Assembly: GCF_001194135.2 (NCBI RefSeq)
Contig: NC_069004.1
Location: 11,610,322-11,671,712, forward strand
Direction: 5' to 3'
DNA: 61,391 bases
DNA from: Octopus bimaculoides
Lineage: Eukaryota
In this document: positions 1 through 11,975 of the stretch, in pieces
How the letters are laid out: each line of letters starts with the position of its first letter
Position numbering within the stretch: position 1 is the first letter of the stretch
The notes under the pieces: generated by a model
Databases searched by the model: none
What the model was told of the DNA's origin: nothing
Seen by the model: only the letters and a program-made list of their open reading frames with translations
Position numbers and translations under genes: made by a program

Positions 1-33
<33 letters not shown>
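1..33. repeat. (TA)n microsatellite
   Basis: Direct reading. Confidence 0.95.
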
Positions 34-36
<3 letters not shown>

Positions 37-983
37 TCCAAAATTTTTCTGTAGTTTTCAAGTCTGATTTCCAAGTTCTATAAGTCACCTCCCAATAACC
101 ACACCATTTTTAGTGAAGCAAATTGGGTAAAAATTGGATGATGAAAAAGAAAAAAAAAATTTAAAAATAAAGAAATCAAACGAAATTTTATTTTTATCTA
201 AGAAAGAAACCAATAAAAATTCTTAATTTTAATGATGAAGTTCTTAATTATAAAAACTATTGCTAAACATGGAATATTACTTTTTGAACTGCATTCCTTC
301 ACCATTGTCCCTAAATCTTATATTATGTAGTTACAAAGGTTTCTTTTTGTTGTTGTATTTTGTGGGTAGGGATGATGTGTTTTAATAGAAATGGTAAAAA
401 ATTTGGGCACCCCCTATAGAAGGGAAAGAAATAGTAAGTTCTTATTAATATCTATGAAATTAATTCCAAAATATTTCATCATAGCATTAATCCCTGTTAA
501 TTCTAGTTTTAAAGGTAGAATACAATGTGTATTTAATGTAATGCATTGATGTTGCTTTCCTTGAGGCAAATACAGAAAAATTATTCTGTTTTACGCTGGG
601 GAAAACTATGCTAATAAACTCATACGAGTATCATAATGAGCTTTTGTTGTTTTTCAAAGTGTTTCCTTCTTTCACCGTTTTTTTTTGGCACCAGTGTTGG
701 TGGCAACACTTGGCTTATGTGGTTCTAGCTACAATACCAAACCTATAATACTTAATCAAAATGATGATGATGATGATGATGTCAATGGTAGTGGCCGTGA
801 TGGTGGTGGTAGTAGTAGTAGTGGCTGTGGCATCGACAATGGTGATATAAATAATGCTTCTTTTGAAAAAAAAAAAACCAATATTTATTTAGTAGACAAT
901 ATCGGTGGGGATGGCGGGGGGTACTCTGACTTCCACTTATAAACAACACAACATCAACACCAACACAAAACACATGCAGTTAT

Positions 984-1142
984 AATGAATAGGATTAATA
1001 ATAATAATGATAATGATAATAATGATGATGATGATGATTATAATAATAATAATAATAATAATAATACTGATGATTATGATTATAATAATAATAATGATGA
1101 TGACGATGATTATAATAATAATAATAATAATAATAATAATGG
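984..1142. repeat. (AAT/GAT)n compound microsatellite
   Basis: Direct reading; source of the poly-N/poly-I ORFs. Confidence 0.9.
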
Positions 1143-1719
1143 TGAGGATGGTGATAAAGAGGGACATAGTTACAAGTAAAACAAATCTAAGAACATGCAT
1201 ACATACCGGTAATATGTGAGGACAGACACTAAAATAGCTTAAAAGGTGTAGCACATGGGGTACAGCTTATGTTTCTAGCAATGTATAAAGGCCAAGTTAC
1301 AGCAATATTATATTTAAAAAAATGACAGTGCTGGCTACTACTACAAGACACATGTGTTGTGTTTCATGTTAACTAAAGTGACTAGAAAGACATACACACA
1401 CAAACATATGATGATGATGATGATGATGATGATTTCAAATTTTGACACANNNNNNNNNNNNNNNNNNNNNNNNNNNNNNNNNNNNNNNNNNNNNNNNNNN
1501 NNNNNNNNNNNNNNNNNNNNNNNNNNNNNNNNNNNNNNNNNNNNNNNNNNNNNNNNNNNNNNNNNNNNNNNNNNNNNNNNNNNNNNNNNNNNNNNNNNNN
1601 NNNNNNNNNNNNNNNNNNNNNNNNNNNNNNNNNNNNNNNNNNNNNNNNNNNNNNNNNNNNNNNNNNNNNNNNNNNNNNNNNNNNNNNNNNNNNNNNNNNN
1701 NNNNNNNNNNNNNNNNNNN

Positions 1720-1829
1720 CGAAAGGATAAGAGGCAAAGTCGACCTCAGTGGAATTTGAACTCAGAATGTGAAGATGGATGAAATACCACTAAGCATTTA
1801 GCTCAGCACCCTAACGGTTCTGCCAGTTC
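1720..1829 (-). mobile_element. SINE family B fragment (tRNA-like head plus domain gttcaaattcc...gaggtcgactttgcc)
   Basis: Matches the better-preserved copy at 19748-19905; cut by a gap. Confidence 0.7.
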
Positions 1830-1887
<58 letters not shown>

Positions 1888-1908
1888 TAATAATAGTAAT
1901 AATAATAA

Positions 1909-2467
1909 ATGCCCTGATGTAGTACCAGGCAATGGCTCTCATGGCTTCTGATCTTAACTGATTGGAAGTGTTATCATGCACATTGTTTTGTCTTGGTATA
2001 AAAGATGGGCTACAGCAAATATTCTGCTCAATACCACAGATTTTCTTGTCAGTTCTTTGACCTTAACCAGTTGAGCATGTCCCTTGGTGGGTGACAATAT
2101 GTGCATCTCTGATCACAAGCAGAAGTAGTGGGGAAGCATCAATAGCCATGTGTCGAGAGGAATTCTTTGGGGTTTGAATAATTCACTTTTGGAAACATGG
2201 GTGTTTTGTTCACCATCCTTAAGCAAACCTTATTCAAGGATCATTTGAGTGGGATGGGTTACTCGACCTGAAGAAAATTCTAACTGCGCCCCAACTGCAA
2301 GGTCATTTGTTGTTTATCTTGATATGAGATCACCATGTCATGCACGTATGGCTGAGATGCATGTGCCTGGTGTACCCTTATCAGACAGGTAGTCATGATG
2401 GGTATAATGGGCTTTGTATATTTTACCTCAGTGTCACTTTGATGACATGCACTGCTCTCTCTCACTC
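1909..2467. mobile_element. About 560-bp unique-sequence insert embedded in an (AAT)n tract; probable interspersed element
   Basis: Long (AAT)n arrays abut both ends (1830-1908 and 2468-2524); no ORF of recognisable homology. Confidence 0.55.
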
Positions 2468-2525
<58 letters not shown>

Positions 2526-2709
2526 TGTATGCATGGATAGATAGATATGTATGTGTCTATGACAAGGCATATGCCCAAGTGGTTAAGGTATTCTTTTACA
2601 AATCCAGCAGAGATCCACCCAGTTGTTTATCCCCTTGGGTTGACAAAATAAACAACCAGTCAAGTACTTGAGTTGATGGTACTGACTAACCCTAAAACTC
2701 CTCTCTACC

Positions 2710-3112
2710 TGTGTTCATTGTTCGTCGTTTAACGTCTGCTTTCCATGCTAGCATGGGTTGGACAATTTAACTGAGGACTGGTGAACCAGATGGCTGCACC
2801 AGGCTCTAATCTGATCTGGCAGAGTTTCTACATGCCCTTCCTAATGCCAACCACTCCGAGAGTGTAGTGGGTGCTTTTACGTGCCACCAGCACGAGGGCC
2901 AGTCNNNNNNNNNNAGTTTCTACATGCCCTTCCTAATGCCAACCACTCCGAGAGTGTAGTGGGTGCTTTTACGTGCCACCGGCACGAGGGCCAGTCAGGC
3001 GGTACTGGCAATAGCCATGCTCAAAAGGTGTTTTTTACGTGCCACCTGCACGGGAGCCAGTCCAGCGGCACTGGCAACGGCCTCGCTCGAATGTTTTGTT
3101 CGACCTCGCTCT
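2710..3112 (-). mobile_element. SINE-like family D copy
   Basis: Reverse complement of the 59321-59552 and 44005-44530 copies (aggaagggcat, aaaagcacccactacactc, catgctagcatggaaagc...ttaaacga motifs). Confidence 0.8.
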
Positions 3113-3613
3113 AGTAATTATTATTATTATTGTTGTTGTTGATGTTGTTGTTGCTGCTGCTGTGGTGGTGGTTGCTATTTTGAAGGGTATAGGACTGGTA
3201 AAATCTGTAAAAATGTGGGCTAAAATGTTGTGAGGTATTTTAGGGTTGATCTAAACCCAGGGAAGCTGATTTCTCCTTTCAATTATTAATACAAATTAAA
3301 ACTCATTAACTCCTATAATTGATTTAATCAACTGTTCCTTCATTCAATGTCAAATGTACCACTTCGTGCCAATGCCAGAAATCATCATCATCATCATGAT
3401 CATTACTCCTTTCGTTTCTTTCCTAATCCCTGGACTGAAAATCTGAAAAGCTATGCTGTAAATTTTGGATTATATAATCATAACTGAGCTTTCAGACATT
3501 TTTCAAAGACTTCTTGTGTTACAGGAATCAAGTCTTCATAAATCACATATAAGAACTTGTTTCAGGTTTCTGTAGGAATGACCTCCCTTATGTAAACTCC
3601 GAGAGAAAGAGAG

Positions 3614-3615
<2 letters not shown>

Positions 3616-3697
<82 letters not shown>
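3616..3697. repeat. (GT)n microsatellite
   Basis: Direct reading. Confidence 0.95.
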
Positions 3698-3699
<2 letters not shown>

Positions 3700-4239
3700 A
3701 TTTGCATGTGTGTACACATGTTTTGCAGTTTAGCTCTAGGTCAGCCTTGGTTCAGCAGATCAATAATCAAATGTCATCTAGTCGTGACTAATCTGGGTTT
3801 TTTTCTCTCCAGAGATTTCTAGGGCTATGCAATGAAATGTGTTATCTTCACCTTTCTAAGATGATGGGGCATGGTTTTAGGGAGATTTAAACGAGAGAGA
3901 AGTTGGTAGGGTATAAAGAGAGACAGACAGTGTTAGTAAGAAGAGGGAGGTAAGTGACAGAGTGATCAGGTTTTCTTGCTCATCATGAACAGGGTCCTAC
4001 AAGAAACAGCACATACTCAAAAATGTGGAGTCATGACAGACACTCAAATATTGAAGAAGCTATTACCAACAAATACAGACGGCTTTTAACACAATAACTT
4101 TGCACCAGAAATAATATCCAACATTCTTAGGTACTTAGGAGGTAATGAAGGAACCTTTAAACATAGATTGCATAGTCATAGCTTGAAAGTCTTTCATCGC
4201 AGATCATGCTCCCTTGCTTAAAACCACCTCTGGTCTACA

Positions 4240-5650
4240 AGTGCTTTTAGTGGAGTTTGCTCTTTTGAAAAGTATTAAGACCAGGCCTCCAACAGGCAGT
4301 TATTGTGACCTCATGCTGCACTGATGCCCTCTATACTTCCTGAAATGTCAAAAATAATACTCAACCTGTTAAATAATTCTGCGCCTTCTCCAATATCCAC
4401 GTACTGTGAGCCAACCAACCTAGATACTGCACATGACTTCTTTCGAGAATGCAAACCACTCATCTCCAAGACAACTCTCTCATTGCCTATCTATCATTGT
4501 TTCTGCTGTCCAGGTCCCAAACTTTACACAGCTTCTATTGAATGGTGGCGTCTGTGTGTGTACATAGATTCCAGTCTCCTTGTCATTCCCTTCTCTCACC
4601 TGGATACCAGTAACAAAGACCTCCAGTGACTCTGGCTCAGAGTCTCCTTTCCTTTACTAACTCACTCCTTCCGCCACTCTCTGAATTCCTTCATCCCCCA
4701 ACAACTCTTCAATCGTATTTCTATCTGCATCTAAGCCATTTAACTTCATCCCTCTCTCGAGTTATTGCTCTCAGGGACTACAGACACCCTTCACACTGAA
4801 CCAAAATTAATGGCACCAGTGGTGCAGAAACAAGGTTTAACAGCCGTCAACTCTCAACATCAATTAGCTCCATTCATGACCATCACTCCAAACACTCTCC
4901 ATATCTCTCTCATCTCCAAATCTGCTTTCTAGCAAACCATTTCTAAGTTTATCATCCCACCCAGCACATATTACAGCTACCCATCACACCCACTGAAGAG
5001 GCAATGCACACACCCTACCCCCTGGGCTCTATGACACTTCAAGTCAGCTGATGGTTGCTCCACCAATTCTACAACAAAACCTTCAACAATACAAATAAAT
5101 AATCACTATTAAGATCACAAAAGCATTACCTCCCAATTCTAAACATGAACCCTACACAACCAGAACCCTTAAGGTCACTGCAAACCCTGGGCTGCATTCC
5201 CACTGATGATCTCTCAGGACCAACACACATCGTCAATATCACAAGGACCACATCACAAAACCTGGTCTTCCTTCTTCAACACCTGAAAATACTCCAGTCT
5301 TAAACTAAGCTAAGGGTAATCCACAATGGATTATTAGTCCCACATTTAGGATATTGTTGCTGCTGCTCCTACCTGCAGATCTTTTAGACAGCATCCAATG
5401 AAAGGTCACCTAAATGGTATAAAGATACTAATCAACACAGACTAACATTTGGCATGCAAATGCATTCTCTCATCTCTGCCTTTTCTACTACTATTACATT
5501 GGCCTCTGTTTATCTCATGCTGACTTATTTCTCTCACCCTTACTGGGATCACCCAGTCCACTGGTTCACCATGACATTGGCTCTGTGTAATTTTCTCTTC
5601 ATGTTTACCTGTAACGGTAAACTTGAATTGTGGTTAAGATGAATATTAAA
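4240..5650 (+). mobile_element. Highly decayed CR1/L2-group LINE remnant
   Basis: Stop-riddled fragments resemble an APE endonuclease (HLDTSNKDLQ*LWLRVS) and an RT C-terminal region (PTMDY*SHI*D...AAA, cf. RPxMEYCSHIW). Boundaries approximate. Confidence 0.45.
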
Positions 5651-5705
5651 TATACCTATCCCATAGGTCTTGTAGGACCTGTGAAAGCCAAGGATACAAC
5701 CTTTT

Positions 5706-5900
5706 CCTCCAGACTATGGAGGGTCAGTAAAGGCTACTAGTAGAGCTGGTTCCCCCAGACCATAGGGGACCAATAAAGGCCATGGGTAGAGCTAATTCCT
5801 CCAGACTATGGAGGGCCAGTAAAGGCCATGGGTAGAGCTAATTCCTTTAGACTATGGAAGGCCAATAAGGGCAACGAGGAGAGCTAATACCTCCAGACCA
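5706..5900. repeat. 46-bp minisatellite, about 4 copies
   Basis: Unit cctccagactatggagggccagtaaaggccatgggtagagctaatt starting at 5706, 5752, 5798, 5844 and (partial) 5890. Confidence 0.9.
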
Positions 5901-6169
5901 CAGAATGCCTTTCATCATAAATTTGCTTGATCACAGATGAGCTGGGACTAATTAACGAAGATGGTTAAATCTTCTGGAATGCTCTGTTATTAAAATGAAG
6001 GACTTTTGTATAAGCTCAGATGATGACATCAACAGAAACTCAAGCCACACATCTGCTGCTAATAAGACAAGCATGATAACTACAAGGACATCCTTAAATT
6101 AATAACTTCCTGTTTTCTTTTTTTATAAAGAATTGCTATGCTTTGATTTTCATATCAGAAATTATTATT

Positions 6170-6368
6170 AAGGCAGCATTTTGGTAGAATGAGAGCATGC
6201 CAGACAAAATGCTTAGTGGCAATTTTCTGGCTCTTTGAATTCTGAGTTCAAATGTCATTGAAGTCAACTTTGCCTTTTTGAGATTGATAAGAACGATTAC
6301 CAGCTGAATACTGGGGTTGGTGCAATAGGTTTCTCCACCCCTCAAAATTGCTGATCTTGTGCCAAGAT
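6170..6368 (+). mobile_element. SINE family B, diverged
   Basis: aatgcttagtggc...tctgagttcaaat...gtcaactttgccttt...ctggggttg...ccaagataag, as in the other family B copies. Confidence 0.7.
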
Positions 6369-6962
6369 AAGGATCATTATTATTATTATTATTATTATTA
6401 CTATTGATTTCATGCGCCAAAAAGCAAGAGAGTGGGGGTGAGGGCAGAGTTCCTAAGTTACTAGCAAAAATTTTTGATATTATCAAAGTTCCTGTACAAC
6501 AAATAAAAAAAAAAATCTTCATCTTTTTCCTCCTCCTCCTCATCATCATCATCATCACCATCATCATTACCATTATCACAATCATCACCAACATCAATAT
6601 TGCCATCATAACACCACTACTACAAAAACCAATTGAGAAGAGTTACTTGTTTCCTAACATCAATAAATCATTAATTAATCTCAGCTAAGTTGAGATTAAT
6701 TAAAATAATTATTAACAGAATTTACTAATAAGCTATTTCATCACAGAATTATGATTAAACAACTATTTTAATTTATGGTCTATCTCAAAATTTCTATAGT
6801 TACATTAAATTTACCTTCCCATCTCTAGCTCAAAATCTAACCTTCTAAAGTTAAATTCAAATTACAATAAACGTAAATAAACAAACGAAGTTTGCTTTTA
6901 GAAGCGTTGAGATGTCTTAGAAAGTTAGAGAAGTGATGTTAAATTCTCAAACGCAGGATAAT

Positions 6963-7209
6963 GCTAATAATATAGCCTGAACAGGATAAACTACCCCTAT
7001 TTTGCAGAAAAAAGTGTAGGTGGCTAGCTATGACACTCGAACTCACACCTCCGTGACTATGCGTCGCAGTGCTCTGACCGATTGAGCTAAACTCCCCGAC
7101 TACAGATTCCTCTGCAAATTTAAAATGTATAGAAATCTTGCTAGCTAACCACCTACACTTTTTTCTGCAAAATAGGGGTAGTTTATCCTGTTCAGGCTAT
7201 ATTATTAGC
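6963..7209. mobile_element. Fold-back/MITE-like element with 68-bp inverted arms enclosing a tRNA-like sequence
   Basis: Arms 6963-7030 and 7142-7209 are 67/68 complementary. Internal 7031-7097 (-) has an A-box (TAGCTCAATCGG) and a B-box (GTTCGAG). Confidence 0.85.
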
Positions 7210-7939
7210 CTAATCTTCTAAATTTTGGGGATTAAAAAAAAACATTTTAGAACTAATAGTTAAATTTTACTAAAAGTGAAGGTAAATAAGTTGTGCTCAA
7301 ATTTTATTTAATGTTTATCATCCACCTCAATTAAACTATTGAGAATTAATTAATTAACTACACAGTAGGCCTAGAATTGTCCACTTAAAATCGATTTTGT
7401 AGGTTCTGTTGTTTGTGATTCTATCAAAGAGATGACCAGGAATGGTTGTACAATGAACACAATGCATATCTTCCAGTTACTAATGAACTGTGCCCTTGAG
7501 CAAGATAATCCATCCTACTCGCATTAATTTCATATCCTTTCGCTACTAATGAACTATGCTCTCGAGGAAGATAATCCATTTTACTTGCATTAGTTTAGTC
7601 CAGTAATTAACAGTAAATAATCTATGCAAAAAGTGAAATTATGTGATTGACCAGCAATGTATCTTCTTCTAAGAGACCTTGGTCAAACAAGATAATTATC
7701 GACCCTCGGCTGCCAACAAATTTTTCTGTTTTTAAGGAAAAAAAATGGATTTTATCCTTTATATATATATACTGTTCAATATCTATGCGTTGAATAAAAT
7801 TATCTTTCTGCTTGTTCTACAATAAATTTCAACGCTTCGAAAACAAACTTGTTTGTTTACACACAGCCTAACCTATACGACATCTAGCATTCCTGGATGA
7901 TTCTATAACTTCTTAAATTGCAGAAGAATTTGATGGCCA

Positions 7940-8013
7940 GGTGGTTCGGCTTAAATGGTAAAGCATTCCAACCAGATATTGGAGGGATGTGAGTTCGATC
8001 CTCATGGCTGGCT
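7940..8013 (+). pseudogene. tRNA-like sequence (pseudo-tRNA or SINE head)
   Basis: D arm GCTT/AAGC, anticodon arm TCCAA/TTGGA with loop CCAGATA, T arm GTGAG-TTCGATC-CTCAT; poor acceptor stem, C at position 33. Confidence 0.6.
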
Positions 8014-8310
8014 GCCGACAGATTTTTCTGCTTTTTTTAAAAAAAAGGATGTTATCCTTTATATATATACTGTTCAGTATCTATGCGTTGAATAAAATTT
8101 ATCTTTCTACTTGTTCTATATTAGTTTGTAGAATGAAAAACTTGTCTTTTAACAAAAATGATAAATGGTTTATTTCTAAATAAGTTATAGTTGATTAGTT
8201 AGAGCTGTAGTTATAGTTATATAAGATATATAACTGCTGTTATAGTTATATTTAGTTAGATCTATGACTGACTTTTATCTTTATTTTATTTATTCACTTA
8301 TAAATAAATA

Positions 8311-8720
8311 GGTGTAGGTGTGGTTGTGTGGTAAGACGTTTGCTTTCCAACCGTGTGGGCTTGGGTTCAGTTCTACCAAGCTGCACCTTGGCCAAGTGCT
8401 TTCCACTATAGTCCAAAGTCAAGTGAAGCCTTGTCAGTGGATTTGGTAAATGGAAACTGAAAGAAGCCCATTGTGTGTGTTTGTGTGTGTGTGTATGTTT
8501 GTGTGCGGGTGTGTGAGAGAGAGAGAGTTTTTGTGTTTGTTCCCCACCATGGCTTGACAACTAAGTCGGTTTGTTTACGTCCTCATAACTTGGCAGCTCA
8601 GCTAAAAGAGGCCAATAGAATAAGTACCAGGTTTAAAAATAAGTACTGGGGGTCAATTGGACTAAACCTTTTATGGCCGTGCCCCAGCTTGGCCACAGTT
8701 CAAAGACTGAAGCAAGTAAT
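8311..8720 (+). mobile_element. SINE family C (tRNA head, CORE-like segment, internal (GT)n)
   Basis: Colinear with the 49138-49593 copy. Confidence 0.8.
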
Positions 8721-9543
8721 GGGTAACAGGTGTACCAATGTAAAGAACTTANNNNNNNNNNNNNNNNNNNNNNNNNNNNNNNNNNNNNNNNNNNNNNNNN
8801 NNNNNNNNNNNNNNNNNNNNNNNNNNNNNNNNNNNNNNNNNNNNNNNNNNNNNNNNNNNNNNNNNNNNNNNNNNNNNNNNNNNNNNNNNNNNNNNNNNNN
8901 NNNNNNNNNNNNNNNNNNNNNNNNNNNNNNNNNNNNNNNNNNNNNNNNNNNNNNNNNNNNNNNNNNNNNNNNNNNNNNNNNNNNNNNNNNNNNNNNNNNN
9001 NNNNNNNNNNNNNNNNNNNNNNNNNNNNNNNNNNNNNNNNNNNNNNNNNNNNNNNNNNNNNNNNNNNNNNNNNNNNNNNNNNNNNNNNNNNNNNNNNNNN
9101 NNNNNNNNNNNNNNNNNNNNNNNNNNNNNNNNNNNNNNNNNNNNNNNNNNNNNNNNNNNNNNNNNNNNNNNNNNNNNNNNNNNNNNNNNNNNNNNNNNNN
9201 NNNNNNNNNNNNNNNNNNNNNNNNNNNNNNNNNNNNNNNNNNNNNNNNNNTCTAAAATTAATTTAATGCTTAAAAACTCATTTTTATTGGAATATTAACA
9301 AACGTTCTCTGCTATTATTTCCTAAACTGCTAATTTAGGTTATTTGAAAATTTTCTTAAATCAAAAAGACAATAAACAAAACAAAAACACATTCCAATGA
9401 TCTTGGTACAAAATATTATTATCCTTTAGCAAAAGCAATAATATTATTTCAAATATCTTTGTAGTAAATACCCTGAGCACATAGCTGAAGAGGTGCGGTA
9501 CCTAGTTAGACCCCTTTTGATTCCATTAGTGTTGGCTTTGTGC

Positions 9544-9549
9544 TTTATT
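9544..9549 (-). terminator. Candidate polyadenylation signal AATAAA
   Basis: tttatt on + strand, about 150 nt 3' of the exon-B stop. The motif is common in AT-rich DNA. Confidence 0.3.
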
Positions 9550-9696
9550 TCTCTCGATTTGACAAAATAAGCAATAGGCCTCTCCTTGGGTATGTTTTCA
9601 TCTGTCATCATAAACTGCTTCCAATAGAAATCAATTCACTAAACTATCAATTTTACTTTATCCTCATTATCCCCACCACCATCATTCTCATTGTTT

Positions 9697-9752
9697 TTAC
9701 ATCAGTTTTTCAAGCTGATATATGTTAAATACAGCATCACAGTCCATGTTAC
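9697..9752 (-). CDS. ROS1: Candidate terminal exon B (distal duplicate): SNMDCDAVFNIYQLEKLM*
   Basis: Paralogous copy of exon A with branch-like TTGAC, the same acceptor, frame and stop; AATAAA about 150 nt downstream. Confidence 0.45.
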
Positions 9753-10568
9753 CTGGCAGATGCAACAACATAAAAAACTGGTCAACTTATTGCTGCCAAT
9801 GTTCTCTGCTAGCAGCTTTACTGAGGTTAGCTGCAATGCCCTTTCTCCACAAGCCTCATTGCATGATTTCTACATGAGAGGGCAGTAAAAGTAAATAAGA
9901 ATTAATATAAAGTAGAGGCTGCTCTTTAATCCACATCACAATGGAGAAGCTCCCAAGTGCCAATGGCATGATTAAATGTACCCAGAACACTATGTAAAGT
10001 AGTTGGTGATAGGAAGGGCATCCAAACTTAGAAACCCAGTCCAAAATGGGACATATGAGCAAGACATGGACTCTGTAAGCTGTATCAAAGGTTACTTTTG
10101 TCAGAGAGTAATAATCCTGAATATGAACTGAGACAAACTAAACTAGGTTCTTTAGTCCACTGACAAGGAATAAATCCTCTACTGCTGCTGGATTGATAAA
10201 ATCTATCTAAGACATTAACAAATTTGGTGAAGATTTCTCTGTTGTCACAACTGCAAGATGACATAAATAAATGAGAAGGCTTCCCTACTGTTTGGTGTTA
10301 TGAAGCATCCATTAGTTTCAGTTGAGTACAATCTTACACATGTGTGGAGAATGTAGTGTAGTAATAGATACACAAATACTGGTGCTGTTACTCTAAGACT
10401 CTAAGAGAAACTTTGTAATAGCATCAGAATTCCACACCAAATTATCTTGGAAAATGTACAGAAAGTTTTGGTATAATTCTACTTCAGAATTTTAACCTAC
10501 AAGATGGCAGCAAGCTGGTTAAAACGAGGATGATCCTCATTACCTCCGTCACCATCGTTCTCATTGTT

Positions 10569-10624
10569 TTACATCAGTTTTTCACGGTAACATATGTTGA
10601 ATACATTGTCACAGTCCATGTTAC
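10569..10624 (-). CDS. ROS1: Candidate terminal exon A (proximal): SNMDCDNVFNICYREKLM*
   Basis: Branch-like TTAAC, then ttttctctgttgttgcatctgccag acceptor; phase 1 fits exon 27; ends in TAA. No homology support. Confidence 0.45.
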
Positions 10625-11589
10625 CTGGCAGATGCAACAACAGAGAAAACTGGTTAACTTATTGCTGCATGTGACAGCATTTAGTTTTACCATATTCATC
10701 TTGTTGAAAGTTTGTGTTCAAATTCCACCAGGGTTGACTTTATGTTTTATTGAACTAGAATCAGTATATCAGGGTTGATTCACCTATCTAGACACTGCCC
10801 ATTAGAAAAAAAATCTTGTATTCCTATTAAAAAGGAATCAATTAAATACCAGTAATATACCAGGTTTTACTCATCTGACTAGACACAGTCCTTTATTAGG
10901 AGCCTATGATCCTTATTAAAACAAAATATTTTAAATTAAATTCATCATCAATTTTAAAGAACACTTTCATTTTTCCTGTTCACTTTGCTTTTCATTGTGA
11001 ATTCAGCTAGAATATGTAGAACATTCTAGAAATTGACAGCTGGCATATACCAGTTTATCTTCAAAATGGACGACTGCTTCTCAATTGTATTCTTTGGAAA
11101 ATGAAGATTCAAAAGAATAAAATTTTGGATTTGTAGTTTTCCAAGTAAACAAAAATAATTAAAACTTTAATTTGTACCAAGATCAAATCAGTAATTAAGA
11201 CTTTTTAATGAAGTATTAACCATAAAGAAGATTGTCATTTCAAGCTTTATGGTAAAACTGGAGTTAATTTTAGAGAGAAATCTATGACTATCATTAAATA
11301 TGATGACAGAAGCTGTAAGTTAACACAACACTGAAGAACTACACTCTATCACTTTAAAGATGGGACATAATATCAATAAATAAAACAACAGTTAGCAAAT
11401 AAAATGGGGAAAAAAAGGGGAAAACGAAGAAAATTAAATCAAACTATTTCTTCAAGATATTTAATCAATGTGATGAATGCAACATATTTAACTGTGACAA
11501 ATAATAATAATGTCTTTTATGTTGCAGCAATGACTTACATTTTTTTTGTCATTCTTGTCCCTATTTTATTGATCTATAGTTTATTAAGT

Positions 11590-11975
11590 GGAGGCGCAAT
11601 GGCCCAGTGGTTAGGGCAGCGGACTCGCGGTCATAGGATCGCAGTTTCGATTCCCAGACCGGGTGTTGTGAGTGTTTATTGAGCGAAAACACCTAAAGCT
11701 CCACGAGGCTCCGGCAGGGGATGGTGGCGAACCCTGCTGTACTCTTTCACCACAACTTTCTCTCACTCTTACTTCCTGTTTCTGTTGTGCCTGTAATTCA
11801 AAGGGTCAGCCTTGTCACACTCTGTGTCACGCTGAATCTCCCCGAGAACTACATTAAGGGTACACGTGTCTGTGGAGTGCTCAGCCACTTGCACGTTAAT
11901 TTCATGAGTAGGCTGTTCCGTTGATCGGATCAACTGGAACCCTCGATGTCGTAAGCGACGGAGTGCCAACAACAA
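11590..11975 (+). mobile_element. Full-length tRNA-Arg-derived SINE (family A; resembles octopus OR-type SINEs)
   Basis: A/B boxes, TCG in the anticodon-like loop, (AAC) tail, 12-bp target-site duplication atagtttattaa (11576-11587 / 11976-11987). The OR name is from recall. Confidence 0.9.

Noticed and set aside
685-1254. ORFs rich in N/D/I/H/M
   Set aside because: Translations of trinucleotide microsatellites; no splice or homology support. The same applies to ORFs at 13602-14525, 21791-22212, 53854-54919, 55515-55772 and 56609-57075.
1354-1782. Long ORFs dominated by X
   Set aside because: They stay open only because they cross N-gaps; the same holds for all X-rich ORFs in the track.
2822-2997. 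Apparent 83-bp tandem duplication
   Set aside because: Near-identical copies sit either side of a 10-N gap (2905-2914), typical of an unmerged contig overlap.
5706-5900. CRISPR-like appearance (hairpin-containing repeats)
   Set aside because: No unique spacers, no cas genes, eukaryotic context; a simple minisatellite. The same reasoning applies to the 23-bp array at 28401-29680.
11590-11660. tRNA-Arg gene
   Set aside because: It is the head of a SINE continuing into a repeat body with a TSD; the cloverleaf is degenerate.
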